A DNA stretch of 64,000 bases, taken from Somniosus microcephalus (lineage: Eukaryota). The notes under the pieces were generated by a model. It did not search any database. It had not been told where the DNA came from and saw nothing but the letters and a program-made list of their open reading frames with translations. The position numbers were made by a program, and so were the translations under genes. The stretch covers positions 119,350,001-119,414,000 of the forward strand of contig CM126205.1 of NCBI GenBank assembly GCA_052327205.1. Reading direction: 5' to 3'. This document shows positions 25,248 to 36,436 of this stretch, in pieces; position 1 is the stretch's first letter, and each line of letters begins with the position of its first letter.

Positions 25248-28238
25248 TTGCGGGGAGGTTTGCTACTGCTGCTGGGGGTGGCGTTTAAACTAACTTGGCA
25301 GGGGGATGGGATAGGTAGTGGAGCTATAGTAGGGGGCAATGCACAGCCAAATGTACAGGGATAATCAAGTCAGCCTGGAAGACAGAGCAAATATGTAAAG
25401 GCACAAGGGAGTATGGCAAAGCTGGATGGCATTTATTTTAATGCAAGGAGTCTTGCGAGTAAGGCAAATGAATTGACGATATTGATGAACACATGGGAGT
25501 ATGATATTTTTGCTATCACAGAGACATGTTTGAGGGAGGGGCAGGACTGGCAGCTCAATATTTGGGTGTAGAGAATCTTCAGGCGAGACAGAGGGGATGT
25601 AAAAGAGGAGGATATGTCGCAATATTAATCAAGGAGTCAATTACTGCCTTAGGAGGGATGATGTTCAGCAGGTTCCTCTAATGAGGCCATATGGGTAGAA
25701 CTTAAAAAGAAAAAGGTGTCAAGCACTTTGCTGACAGTGTACTATAGGCCCCCAAACAGTCATGGGGAGATAGAGGAACAGATAAATAAGCAAATCTCAG
25801 AGCAGTGTCGAAATAATAGTGTAATAATAGTAGGGGATTTCAACTTCCCCAATATTAACTGGGATAGTCAGAGTGTGAAAGGCTTAGAGGGCGGGAAATT
25901 CTTAAAGTGCATCGAGGAGAGCTTTTTGAGCCAGCATGCAGAAAGTCCTACAAGAGAGGGGGTGGTACTGGACCTAATTCTAGGGAATGTAGCCGGGCAA
26001 GTGGTAGAAATGTCAGTAGGAGAGCATTTTGGTGACAGTGACCATAATTCGGTGAGATTTAAGGTAGCCATGGAAAAGGACATAGATGGACCGGAAATAA
26101 AGGTTCTAAATTGGGGGAAGGCTGAATGTAATATGATAAGGCAGGATCTGGCCAAAGTGGATTTTCTATCAGCTACTTGTAGGAAAATCCACATCAGTGC
26201 AGTGGGAGTCTTTCAGAAAGGAAATAGAGAGAGTACAATGCCAATATGTTCCTGTAAAGGTCAATGGTGGGACCAACAAGCCCAGGGAACCCTGGATGTC
26301 AAGGGATATACAAGAATGGATTAGGAAAAAAAGGGAGGCTTTTGGCAGATACAAAGGACTAAAAACAGTGGAAGCCTAGAGGAGTATAAAAAGTGCAGGG
26401 TGGTACTTAAAAAACAAATTAGGAGAGCAAAGAGGGGGCATGAAAATACACTGGTGGGCAAAATAAAGGAAAATCCCAAGGTGTTTTATAAGTATATTAA
26501 GGGCAAGAGGATAACCAGGGAAAGAATAGAGCCCATTAGGGGCCAAAGTGGCAATCTGTGTGTGGAGCCGGAAGATGTGGGAGAGGTTGTAAATGAATAT
26601 TTTGCAGCTGTGTTCACTATGGAGAAGGACGATGTAGGCATACAGATCATGCAGGAGGATTGTGATATACTTGAACAAATTAATATTGAGAGGGAGGAGG
26701 TACTAGATGTTTTAGTGGGCTTAAAAGTGGATATATCCCCAGGCCCAGATGATATGTATCCCAGGCTGCTGTGTGAGGCAAGGGGGGAGATTGCAGGGTC
26801 TCTGACACAAATTTTCAGAACCTCTCTGACCACAGGGGAGGTGCCAGAGGACTGGAGGAAAGCGAACGTAGTACCATTATTCAAGAAGGGTAGTAGGGAT
26901 AAACCAGGGTATTACAGGCCAGTGAGCCTAACATCAGTGGTAGGGAAATTATTGGAAAAAATTCTGAGGGACAGAATTAGTCTCCACTTGGAGAGGCAAG
27001 GATTAATCAACGATAGTCAGCATGGCTTTGTCAGGGGTAGATCATGTCTAACCAGTTTGATTGAATTTTCGAGGGGGTGACTAGGTGTGTGGATGAGGGT
27101 AGTGCAGTGATGTAGTCTACATGGACTTCAGTAAGGCTTTTGACAAAGTCCCGCATGGGAGACTGGTCAAGAAGGTAAGAGTCCATTGGTTCCAGGGCAG
27201 TTTGGCATTTTGGATCCAAAATTGACTTAGTGGCAGGAGGCAGAGGGTAATGCTCCAAGGTTTTTTGTGTGACTGGAAGCCTGTGTCCAGTGATGTAACG
27301 CAGGGATCGGTGCTGGGTCCTTTGTTGTTTGTAGTGTACATTAATGATTTAGAGATGAATATATGATCAGTAAGTTTGCAGATGACACGAACATTATTGG
27401 AGTGGTAAATAGCGAGGAGGGAAGCCTCAGGCTACAGGACGATATAGACGGGTTGGGCAGATGGGCAGAACAGTGGCAAATGGAATTTAACCCTGAAATG
27501 TGTGAGGTGATGCATTTTGGGAGGATGAAAAAGGCAAGGGAATACACAATGAATGGTAACACCCTAGGAACGACAGATGATCAGAGCGGTCTTGCTATGC
27601 ATGTACATAGATCTATGAAGGTAGCAGGACAGGTAGATAATGTGGTTAAAAAGGCATATGGGATACTTGCCTTCATTAGCCGAGGCATAGAATATAAGAG
27701 CGGGGAGGTTATGATGGAGCTGTACAAAACGCTAGTTAGGCCACAGCTGGAATACTGTGTGCAGTTCTGGTCGCCAAACTATAGGAAGGATGTGATTGCA
27801 TTGGTGTGGGTGCAGAGGAGATTCACCAGGATGTTACCTGGGCTGGAGTACTTCAACTATGAAGAGAGACTGGACAGGCTGGGGTTGTTTTCCTTAGAGC
27901 AGATAAAGCTGAGTGGTATCTGATTGACGTGTACAAAATTATGAGGGGCATAGATCGGGTAGATAGAAATGAACTTTTCCCTTATTAGAGGGGTCAATAT
28001 TCAGGGGGCATAGTTTCAAGGTAAGGGGCAGGAGGTTTAGCGGGCATTTGAGGAAAAATCTTTTCACCCAGAGGCTGGTTGGAATCTGGAACTCACTACC
28101 TGAAAGGGTCGTAGAGGTAGTAACCCTCACAACATTCAAGAAGCATTTAGGTGAGCACTTGAAACGCCATAGCACACAAGGCTACGGAGCAAGTGCTGGA
28201 AAATGGGATTAGAATAGATAGGGCTTGATGGCCGGCAC
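25248..28238 (+). mobile_element. CR1 LINE, ORF1 end plus complete decayed ORF2 (APE endonuclease and RT)
   Basis: YYRPPNS..IVGDFNFPNINW..GDSDHN; YRPVSLTSVVGK; QHGFVRGRSC; KFADDT; stops and frameshifts. Confidence 0.95.
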
Positions 28239-29640
28239 TTGCGAGGCCCCTACAGGTGTGTACACACCTTGTACACACCCGTAGGGGTCGGAAAATCCGG
28301 GCCAATGTTTAACCTTGTTAGCGAGGAAACGAGCTACCTGAAAAAAGCGAAGTGGCCGACCATTCAATGACTTCTTGTCGCCATCATTCCAGCGCCTTTT
28401 GTCTGTTCGCAGCTTCGTTATCCGATTAAATGTTCGCCCCTCTCTTGGGCAGAGACACGTGTCCCTGAATGGACTCTGTTTCTGAAGAAATAGAACTTGG
28501 AAATTTAGGATGTTTCAGCCTCTGTAAACAAGGCGCTGTGAAAATCAGATGGGAAGAAGCCATTTACCCAGTTCAGAATCACTGTCATTGTGAAATAATG
28601 CAGGGCTTTTAGAATCAATCCCCAATCTCAGGCTATCAGAGGAATTGTCATCCTGAGCATTAGTGTCTTTTCACTGCGCTGCTTGTAATGTCGTTAGTTG
28701 AACAATACACATGTGTCCTGCAAACAATTATTCATACAAAACAATATTGATATAATATCGCGGACTATCAATAATGCATCTTGATCTGCATTGCAAACTA
28801 CCGGTAGTACAATAGTGAAATTATTATAACCCGAAAATCACCGTGTGCGATATTAATCCACCAACATTCAACGCATTAATGTGACATTCCAGCTTGCCCA
28901 ATTCTAACGCAATAAAGGAGAGAATTATTCCCTATTGAATTTTAATGCTTTTTGCCCCAATATCACAGAGTGCTATTTCTCAGCTGATGCATTGTCGACA
29001 TCCAAGAATGTCCCTAGAAATTGCCACGTTGAAAGAGGCTGTTGGGCCCAACCAATCAGTGCTGGTGTTGATCCTCCAGATGAGCGGCAGTCCTAATCTC
29101 ACAGCCCCGCCCTGTTCCCCTCTCCCTTCATCCTCTTTCATTCCACCAGCAATCTAGCCTCTTCTTCAGTGCTGACATGGCCTCTGTTTCAATCTCTGCC
29201 TTTAGTAGTACATTCCGCAGCCTCACAACCCTCTGTGTAAAACTGTTTCTCCTGCTTATAAATACAGCCCCAATTTTCAAGTGTTCCTTTTGTATTTTTT
29301 TATTCGTTTATGGGATCAGGGCGTCGCTGGCAATGCCAGCATTTATTGCCGATCCCTAGTTGCACTCGTGCCTCCCTGTATTCCCACACACCACGTCCCA
29401 TCCCAGTGACTCTGCGTCATACCCTCTCTATAACCTCAGTACCATTGCTATAGTGTAGAGCCTAAAATGGCCGACAGTTTCCAGCACAGCTGCTGGATTT
29501 CATAGGATCGCCTTTCCAGTTAATCCCCAATTAGTTCTTCCGGAGCCATTTTACGCATTTGTTATCATGGGGATGGTGGAAACCCTTCATGCTGGGCCGC
29601 TGACTCCTGCACACAGTGAGGGGTCATTCCCAAGGTCACC

Positions 29641-29680
29641 AGTGACGTGAGAACAGCAGGCAATATGTTTGCATATTTAA
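29641..29680 (+). promoter_or_regulatory. Antigen-receptor V promoter: CRE-like decamer AGTGACGTGA, octamer-like GTTTGCAT, TATA-like TATTTAA
   Basis: One mismatch to the TCR V decamer AGTGA(C/T)(G/A)TCA; about 80-115 bp upstream of the leader ATG. Confidence 0.55.
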
Positions 29681-29756
29681 ATTTGCGTTCTGAAGTTGGA
29701 AACGAGGCATAAGGCCATTGGCACTGTGATTGATTGACCGCTGGCTCAGCGCAGTA

Positions 29757-30206
29757 ATGATACACAGTTTCAGCTTTTATTTAACTACTGTATTCAATTT
29801 ATTCTGAGATATGAATAGAAAATTGACAGCACGGCGTCTTGTTCATTTTTACATGGTGTAGGAGATTGTCCTAACTTCAGAAAGAATTCCAATCGTAGAG
29901 TTGGAATGATCATTGACTTTGTTCATTTGTCTCACAGGGCTGGCGTGTGAAGTTGATTTCAAACCGTCCACTCTGTCGTCAGCAGTTGATGAAGGAGGAA
30001 ATGCAACGATGCGGTGTAACTATGAAGAGATCACAACCACATACAGGCATTGGTCGGTACAGCGAGCACGGCATCGCAGGGTTTGATACCCAATACAGGG
30101 CAGGGAAATTCTCCATTAACATCCACCATGTAAAGCGGCAAATGAAACTGGTAATCACAGGTGTACAAGTCGGAGACACTGTGCTTTACCAGTGTACGCA
30201 GGAACA
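29757..30206 (+). pseudogene. T-cell receptor V segment pseudogene (TRAV/TRDV-like): leader exon 29757-29808, V exon 29938-30206
   Basis: Leader MIHSFSFYLTTVFNLF* with donor GT mutated to AT; acceptor CTCACAG. V exon GLACEVDFKPSTLSSAVDEGGNATMRCNYEEITTTYRHW, then an FR2 deletion/frameshift, then GKFSINIHHVKRQMKLVITGVQVGDTVLYQC. Both Cys, the Trp and D-x-x-x-Y-x-C are present; cognate 23-RSS at 32369. Confidence 0.85.
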
Positions 30207-32365
30207 CAATTCACAATTCACAATTCAAATCGCTTTATTGGCATGATAAGTTACATCTTATGTTGCCAAAGCATCAAAATACATTTATGGTTTACCACAT
30301 AAACGCAGTTCTATTCATACAGTGTATAAACAGGTATATCCCTGAGTGTATAAATATACATTCGCATTGTTGATATATATTCTTTTCTTAGTTTACTGGT
30401 TGGCTCTCTGTTCATGGCAAGCTGTAACATAGCGTGCTGCCAGTGTTATACAGCTTCTCTCCTCTCCCAGTAGGAATGGGAGTTTTTGGTTGTCATTCAG
30501 ATTTCTGAAATCAGGGCATATTTGTGAGAATTTTTGGTAGAAATTCTCCCTGATGCCCTGATATTTTCCACAAGCTGTGAGGAAGTGCATCTCTGTCTCC
30601 ACCACTCCCTGACTGCAGTGCGAGCATATCCTGTCCTCTCTTGGCAGCCTGGTCTGCCTGTGTCTGCCTTTTTCGATCGCTAGGCTATGTTCGCTAAGTC
30701 TGTACCTTGTCAAGGTTCTTCTCAGTTTGTTATCCTTTACCATGGTCAGGTAATCAGCTATGTTGTATTGTCTGTTTAGGGCCAAGTAGTAATTGAGTTT
30801 GCTTTGGGTTTTTGTTGTTTCTGCCCAATATGTCAGATATTTTTCCTTTTGCTTAGCGACGATTGTGTTGGGTCGAATTCTTTGTGTTACCCTGTCACTG
30901 TCCTGGGGCTGGTTATTGTTAGTATTGTTAGTAGTTACTTCACTGAGTCCCAGGACTAGTTGACTGAGGGTATTCTTCTTTATGGTCAGCTCTTGGCATT
31001 TCAGGGCGTCGTAGTGATAGCATTGGGGATTGCTCATTTGTAGGTGATTCCAAAATTTGGTGGCTCTTTTTTGGATAGTGATTATTAATCGATATTGGCC
31101 TAGTTCCGCCCTGCATGCATTGTTTACTGTTTTCCTTTGAGTCCGGAGGATACTTTTACAGAATTCTGCATGTAGGATCTCAATTGGGTGTTTGTCCCAT
31201 TTTGCAAATTCTTGTTGAGTTAGCGGTCCCCATACCTCACTGCCATAGAGTGCAATTGGTTCAATTACTGATTTGAAAATTTTGAGCCAAATGCTAATTG
31301 GGATTTCTATTTGGATTGATTTTTTGATGGCATAGAAAGCCCTTCTTGCTTTCTCTTTCAGTTCATTCACAGCCAGTTTGAAGTTTCCCGTAGAACTGAT
31401 TTTTAAGCCCAAGTATGTGTAGTTAGTGGTTTGTTCAATTTTGGTTGTTCCTACTGTGAAATTTATTTTGGGTCCCTGATGTTTGGATCTTTGCTGGAAC
31501 ACAAGGACTTTGGTTTTTTGGGGATTTATTGTCAGGGCCCAAGTCTGGCAGTACGACTCCAGCAGGTCCAGGTTTTGCTGTAGCCCCTCTTTAGTAGGTG
31601 ACAGCAGAACCAGGTCGTCTGCATAGAGGAGGAATTTAACCTTGGATTCATATAGGGTGAGGCCGGGTGCTGTAGATTGTTCAAGTAGTTTTGCCAATCC
31701 ATTTATGTAAATATTAAAGAGTGTCGGTGAGATTGGCGAGCCCTGCGTCACCCTCCGCCCCTGTGGGAAGTATTTTGTTTGTTTGTCTCCAATTTTAACT
31801 GCACATTTGTTGTTTGTATACATTGATTTAATTACATCATATGTTTTCCCTCCTACCCCACTTTCGATAAGTTTCAGGAATAAACCGTCATGCCAGATGG
31901 AGTCGAAAGCCTTCTGGAAATCTACAAAGCATGCGTAGATTTTGCTTTTGTTATGGTGAACGTGTTTGTCAATTAGGGTCTGTAGGGTGAAGATATGATC
32001 GGATGTTCTATAGTTTGGCAGGAATCCAATTTGGCTTTTACTCAAGACATTGTGCTCCTCAAGGAAGTTTATAAGTCTTTTGTTTATGATGCTACAGAAT
32101 ACCTTCACCAGGTTACTGTTTACACAGATGCCTCGATAGTTGTTTGGGTCGATTTTGTCCCCACTTTTGTATATGGGCGTTATGAGTCCTTTGTTCCAGA
32201 TATCAGGGAAATAACCGACACTCAGAACCAAGTTGAAGAGTTTTAGGATAGCCAGTTTCATTTTGTTGTCTGTGTGTTTAATCATCTCGTTTAGTATGCC
32301 GTCTGTCCCGCAGGCTTTTCCTGGTCGCAGGTCCTTGAGTTTTTCAAGAAGTTCTTTTTCTGTGT
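30205..32365 (-). mobile_element. Young 5'-truncated RTEX-like non-LTR retrotransposon inserted between the V exon and its RSS
   Basis: Unbroken ORF; 3' UTR with AATAAA and (AATTGTG)3 tail at the left end; probable TSD ACACA (30204-30208 and 32366-32370). Confidence 0.88.
30393..32365 (-). CDS. RTEX-like ORF2 C-terminal part: reverse transcriptase and C-terminal CCHC finger (open, 5'-truncated)
   Basis: About 658 codons with no stop: NYRGICV, QIGF, FVDFQKAFDSI, QGSPISPTLF, YADD, YTYLG, LYGSEVWG, CSHC..ETEMHFLTAC. Confidence 0.85.
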
Positions 32366-32368
32366 ACA

Positions 32369-32407
32369 CACAGTGTAATAGTCACAGGGAGAGTCTGCAC
32401 AATAACA
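32369..32407 (+). other. Recombination signal sequence, 23-RSS
   Basis: CACAGTG, exactly 23 nt (TAATAGTCACAGGGAGAGTCTGC), then ACAATAACA (7/9 match to ACAAAAACC). Confidence 0.9.
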
Positions 32408-32949
32408 CAGCAGGTATCGAGATACAGCTTGGCCGCAACATTCGAATGTAACCTTTCGCTGCACAGTGCGTATTAAAGAATTACTGAGGAAGAAATAAAA
32501 GAAGGAAGAAAGAAAGAAAGAAAGAAAGAAATAAAGATCTAGACTTTGCTCACCCTGTGCTCAGGGAGCTGAATACATGTTGTTTGCCTTTTCTTACCAA
32601 TGTGTGACGTTATTTTATTTAAATATTTGAACGTCACACGTAGATTACCATTTCCTTTTCACTTTGGAACCAATTTGCCCACAGATCCGCACACCCAAAA
32701 ATGCCTTATCACGACAGTTTCCGATCCTCATACAGGATATAAAACCCCGAGTCTGAGGCCGCCCAAACGCCAATTCCGTATTCAGCTCCTTTCTGCACGA
32801 CTTTTTTTTTAGCCATTTCTGATGTCAGGCACTACAAACCTTTTCATCGGCTTCTTAACCCAAAACTGAATTCCGTTTCTCAAGCGCAAAACAACACCCT
32901 CCTCCGTGACTGTCTGTTTTCCGTGGCCTGGTGCGAGGCCCATGTGGCT

Positions 32950-33900
32950 CCAAGAATTAAAAAAGCCGAAGTGAGAACCGGAAAATTGCAGGCTCGTTAG
33001 TTTCACTTCAATGAAGTACTGTATGGCCACCTTGATGGAGAACGGGTTATTAGAGGACCTCAGAAAGGTTCCAGACAAAGGTTTGTTCTCACTACTTAGT
33101 TGAACTTTTGAGGAAGTTACAAGTTTGGTGGATGCAGGTTACTCGGTTACCCTTCTGGATCTTGAGTTTCAAATGCCCTTGACAAGGTGCCACATGTAAG
33201 GCTGCTGCATAAGTTTGAGACCTGTGGGTTTAGCAGGTAGATTTTGGGCTTACTAAGGAACCGGCTGCATTCTTGAAGACAGAGGTAGTTATTAATGGCA
33301 GTGGTTCTATGTCTGGACCTGTAACTGATGGAGTTACGTAAGCAGCAGTGATGGGACGGTTGCTCTTCACTATCTTAACAACGATCTGCAACAAGGGATC
33401 GGGGAACTTCCCACAAACTCAGATTTGATATCAGAAATTGTGTGGGAGTTAGGACCTTAGATGAGATAAATATATTACAGGCAGATGTAAATGGGGCGGG
33501 GGAATCAGCCCACATCTGGCAGACTTAAGTAAATATCGACAAATGTAGCGTGAATCACGTGGGTAGGGCCAATGCCAGTCAAGTATTCACCAGGCGTGGT
33601 TGTGTACGGAAGGATAAGGCCCTGGGTATTACAGGGCCAGAGCTATTCACATGTACACCAGGCTTGGTTGTGTGCCCAATGCTGCTGAACGGAACACAGC
33701 CCTGGGTATGCTGGGGAGAATAGCTGTCAGGTGTACACCCGGCTCGGTTGCGTGCTCAAGACTGTTGAACGAGACACGGCCCTGGATAGTCCAGAGCCAG
33801 TGTTATTCACATGTCCACCAGACTGGGTTGTGTGCTGCAGGAGAAGAACCCTGGGCCCAATGCTCGTCACGTGTACAGCAGACTGGTTTGTGTGCCCGAC
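32950..33900 (+). mobile_element. Very old CR1 RT fragment ending in a degenerate 60-80 bp tandem repeat
   Basis: Decayed MPLTRCH/DKVPH region and CSVNHVG motif; TGTACACC-like units at 33652, 33732, 33812 and 33872. Confidence 0.6.
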
Positions 33901-36436
33901 AAAGAATTTATCTTAAAGCACATTAACCAACCATAGGGAACAGAGCACGTCAACCCTGCGCCCAAAACTTACTGTGGGCTAATTTAATAAGACATCGTGA
34001 CAATGGCTTCTCCAAGCCTGTTTCACTGCAGGAGTTCGAATGCAACTTTCTTTCCTTATTTCCTTCTTTCTAACTAATAAAATCATGGTGTATGTCTTAT
34101 ACCCTTTCGGTTTATTGTTCTACTCCTACTGAATGCAACCGTAGCTCATGTTTTATAAACACCCATTTGTTTCGGATAGTTTGCCAAACAGAGTTGAGAC
34201 TGGTCGTACACGGAGTGCATCTTATACATTGTGTAAAGTTGGGAATTCGGTAAGATGGAACTCTAGTAAGTCGTGGGTGAGTAGGTCTCAATCTGAAATT
34301 TTGTTTAACATTTGGAATTTAACTTAGAACTTTAAAAACTGTAAAAAATAAGCTGCAAGTTAGTCACGAGTCTGAGCCAGCAGACCTGCGGCAGGAACGG
34401 AGTCGGAGACCGGGGATAAAGGCAGCACGGAGCAGATACTTTGGAGTCTGAGTGAGCGGACTACCTGCGAGTGAGACAGTCGGCAATCGACACAACGAAG
34501 GAATGACATCAGAATTCAAAGGTGTCGCTGGCACAAGGGAGCTGAGAGGTGAGTATCGGGTGAGTATTTGTGGTCAGTTTTTTTTTGTTCTGTTTGAGTA
34601 TATTTCTGCTTACTAGTTCATAGCCTATCTAATAGACGGAAGTGCTGATTGGTGGATCGCTGTTGAGTGTTTCTTGTTAAGTTTATTTCTGCAAAATAAC
34701 CTCCATAATCTGGCAAATAGAGTCATAGCAGGGCAGCTTAGTCCCGTGATTTGCACATCCTGTGCCATGTGGGATGTCCTGGACATTTCTTACGGCCTGG
34801 ACGACCACGTGTGCAGGAAGTGTCGCCAACTGCAGCAACTCGAGCTCCGGGTTTCGGAGCCTGAGCCAGCTGGAGTCACTGCAGTGCATCCACGAGGCTG
34901 GAAGTGGCCATCCCGCAGTCTCAGAATGTGCAGGCACAGAGAGAATGGGTGAGTGCCAGACAGAGAAGGAGGACCAGGCAGGTAGGGCAGGAATCCCCAG
35001 TGTGCATCTCGCTCGCTAACCGGTTCACGGCTCTGGAAACTGGTGGGGGTGATGTTTCCTCTGGGGAGAGCAGCCAGAGCTAAGGCTACAGCACCACGGG
35101 TGGCTCATCTGTACGGGGTTTGGGGGGGGGAATAGTCGAACAGCAATAGTGATAGGGGATTCATTGGTTAAGGGAACAGATAGGCGTTTCTGTGGACGCA
35201 GACGTGATTCCAGGATGGCATGTTGCCTCCCTGGTGCCAGGGTCAAGGATGTCACTGAGCGGCTGCAGGACACTCTGAGGGGGGCAGTGGACAGTCAGAG
35301 GTCATCGTGCATATCGGTACCAATGACATAGGCAGAAAGAGCGATGAGGTCCTGCAGGCAGACTACAGGGAGCTAGAAAAGAGATTAAAAAGGAGGACCT
35401 CAAAGGTAGTCATTTCCGGATTACTCCCGGTGCACATGTTAGTGAGTAGAGGAGTAAGAGGATAGAAGAGATGGATGTGTGTCTGGAGAGAGGGTGCAGG
35501 AGTGAGCGCTTTAGATTCTTGAGACATTCGGATTATTTCTGGGGAAGTTGGGACCTGTAAAAGCCGGAATCTCAACAAAGCCGGAACCAATATTCTCGTG
35601 GGGCGGGGGGGAGGGGGCGGATGCTAGTGCTGTTGTGGAGGGTTTAACCTAGCTTGGCGTGGGCACCAGCATGAAGAAATGGAAGGGAGGAATGGGGTGC
35701 ATGGATGATTCAGTGTGTTGGATGGTGCTGGTGGAGAAGGTTGTGCTGGAGGTGGAAGTAGTACCATATTAGATAGCAGCAGCCTAACAGAGATTACAAA
35801 AAAATGAAAAATGGGTTTAGAATGCATGTACGTAAATGAACAAAGTGTGGTGTATAAGGTTGTTGAGCTACAAGCACAATTATCCTTGTGGCAAAATGAT
35901 GTTGCGGCAATAATGGAAACGTGGCTTAAAAACGGTGAGGACTGGGCACTTAATATTCAAGTGTACAAGGTGTTCAGAAGATATAGGGTAGGAAAAAAGG
36001 GAGGTGGGGTGGCAGTGCTGATAAAGGAAGAGATTGTAGTGTTGGAAAGGGGCTATGCTCTTGAGGGGACCAGGACAGAATCCATTTAGTTAGAGTTGAG
36101 GAGTAAAAAGTGTATGATCACACTATTGGGGGTGTTCTACAGGCCTCCAAACAGTGAGAGGGAGGTAGAGGAGCAAATCTGCAGGGAAATCGCAGAGATA
36201 TGCAAGAGTTAAAGAGTGGTGATATTGGGGGAATTTAATTACCCAAATATCGATTGGTATAATGCTACGGTAAATGGAAAGGAAGGGGAGAAATTTCTGA
36301 AATGTATTCAGGAGAATTTCCTTGACCAGTATGATCTTTGCCCAACTAGAAAGGAGCATTGCTGTAGCTGGTGCTGGGGAATGAGGTGGGCCAGGTCGAC
36401 CAAGAGTCTGTGGGAGAACACTTGGGAACGAGTGAT

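Noticed and set aside
32462-32500. Second CACAGTG downstream of the RSS as a D-segment RSS
   Set aside because: No convincing nonamer at 12 or 23 nt, and no opposing RSS.
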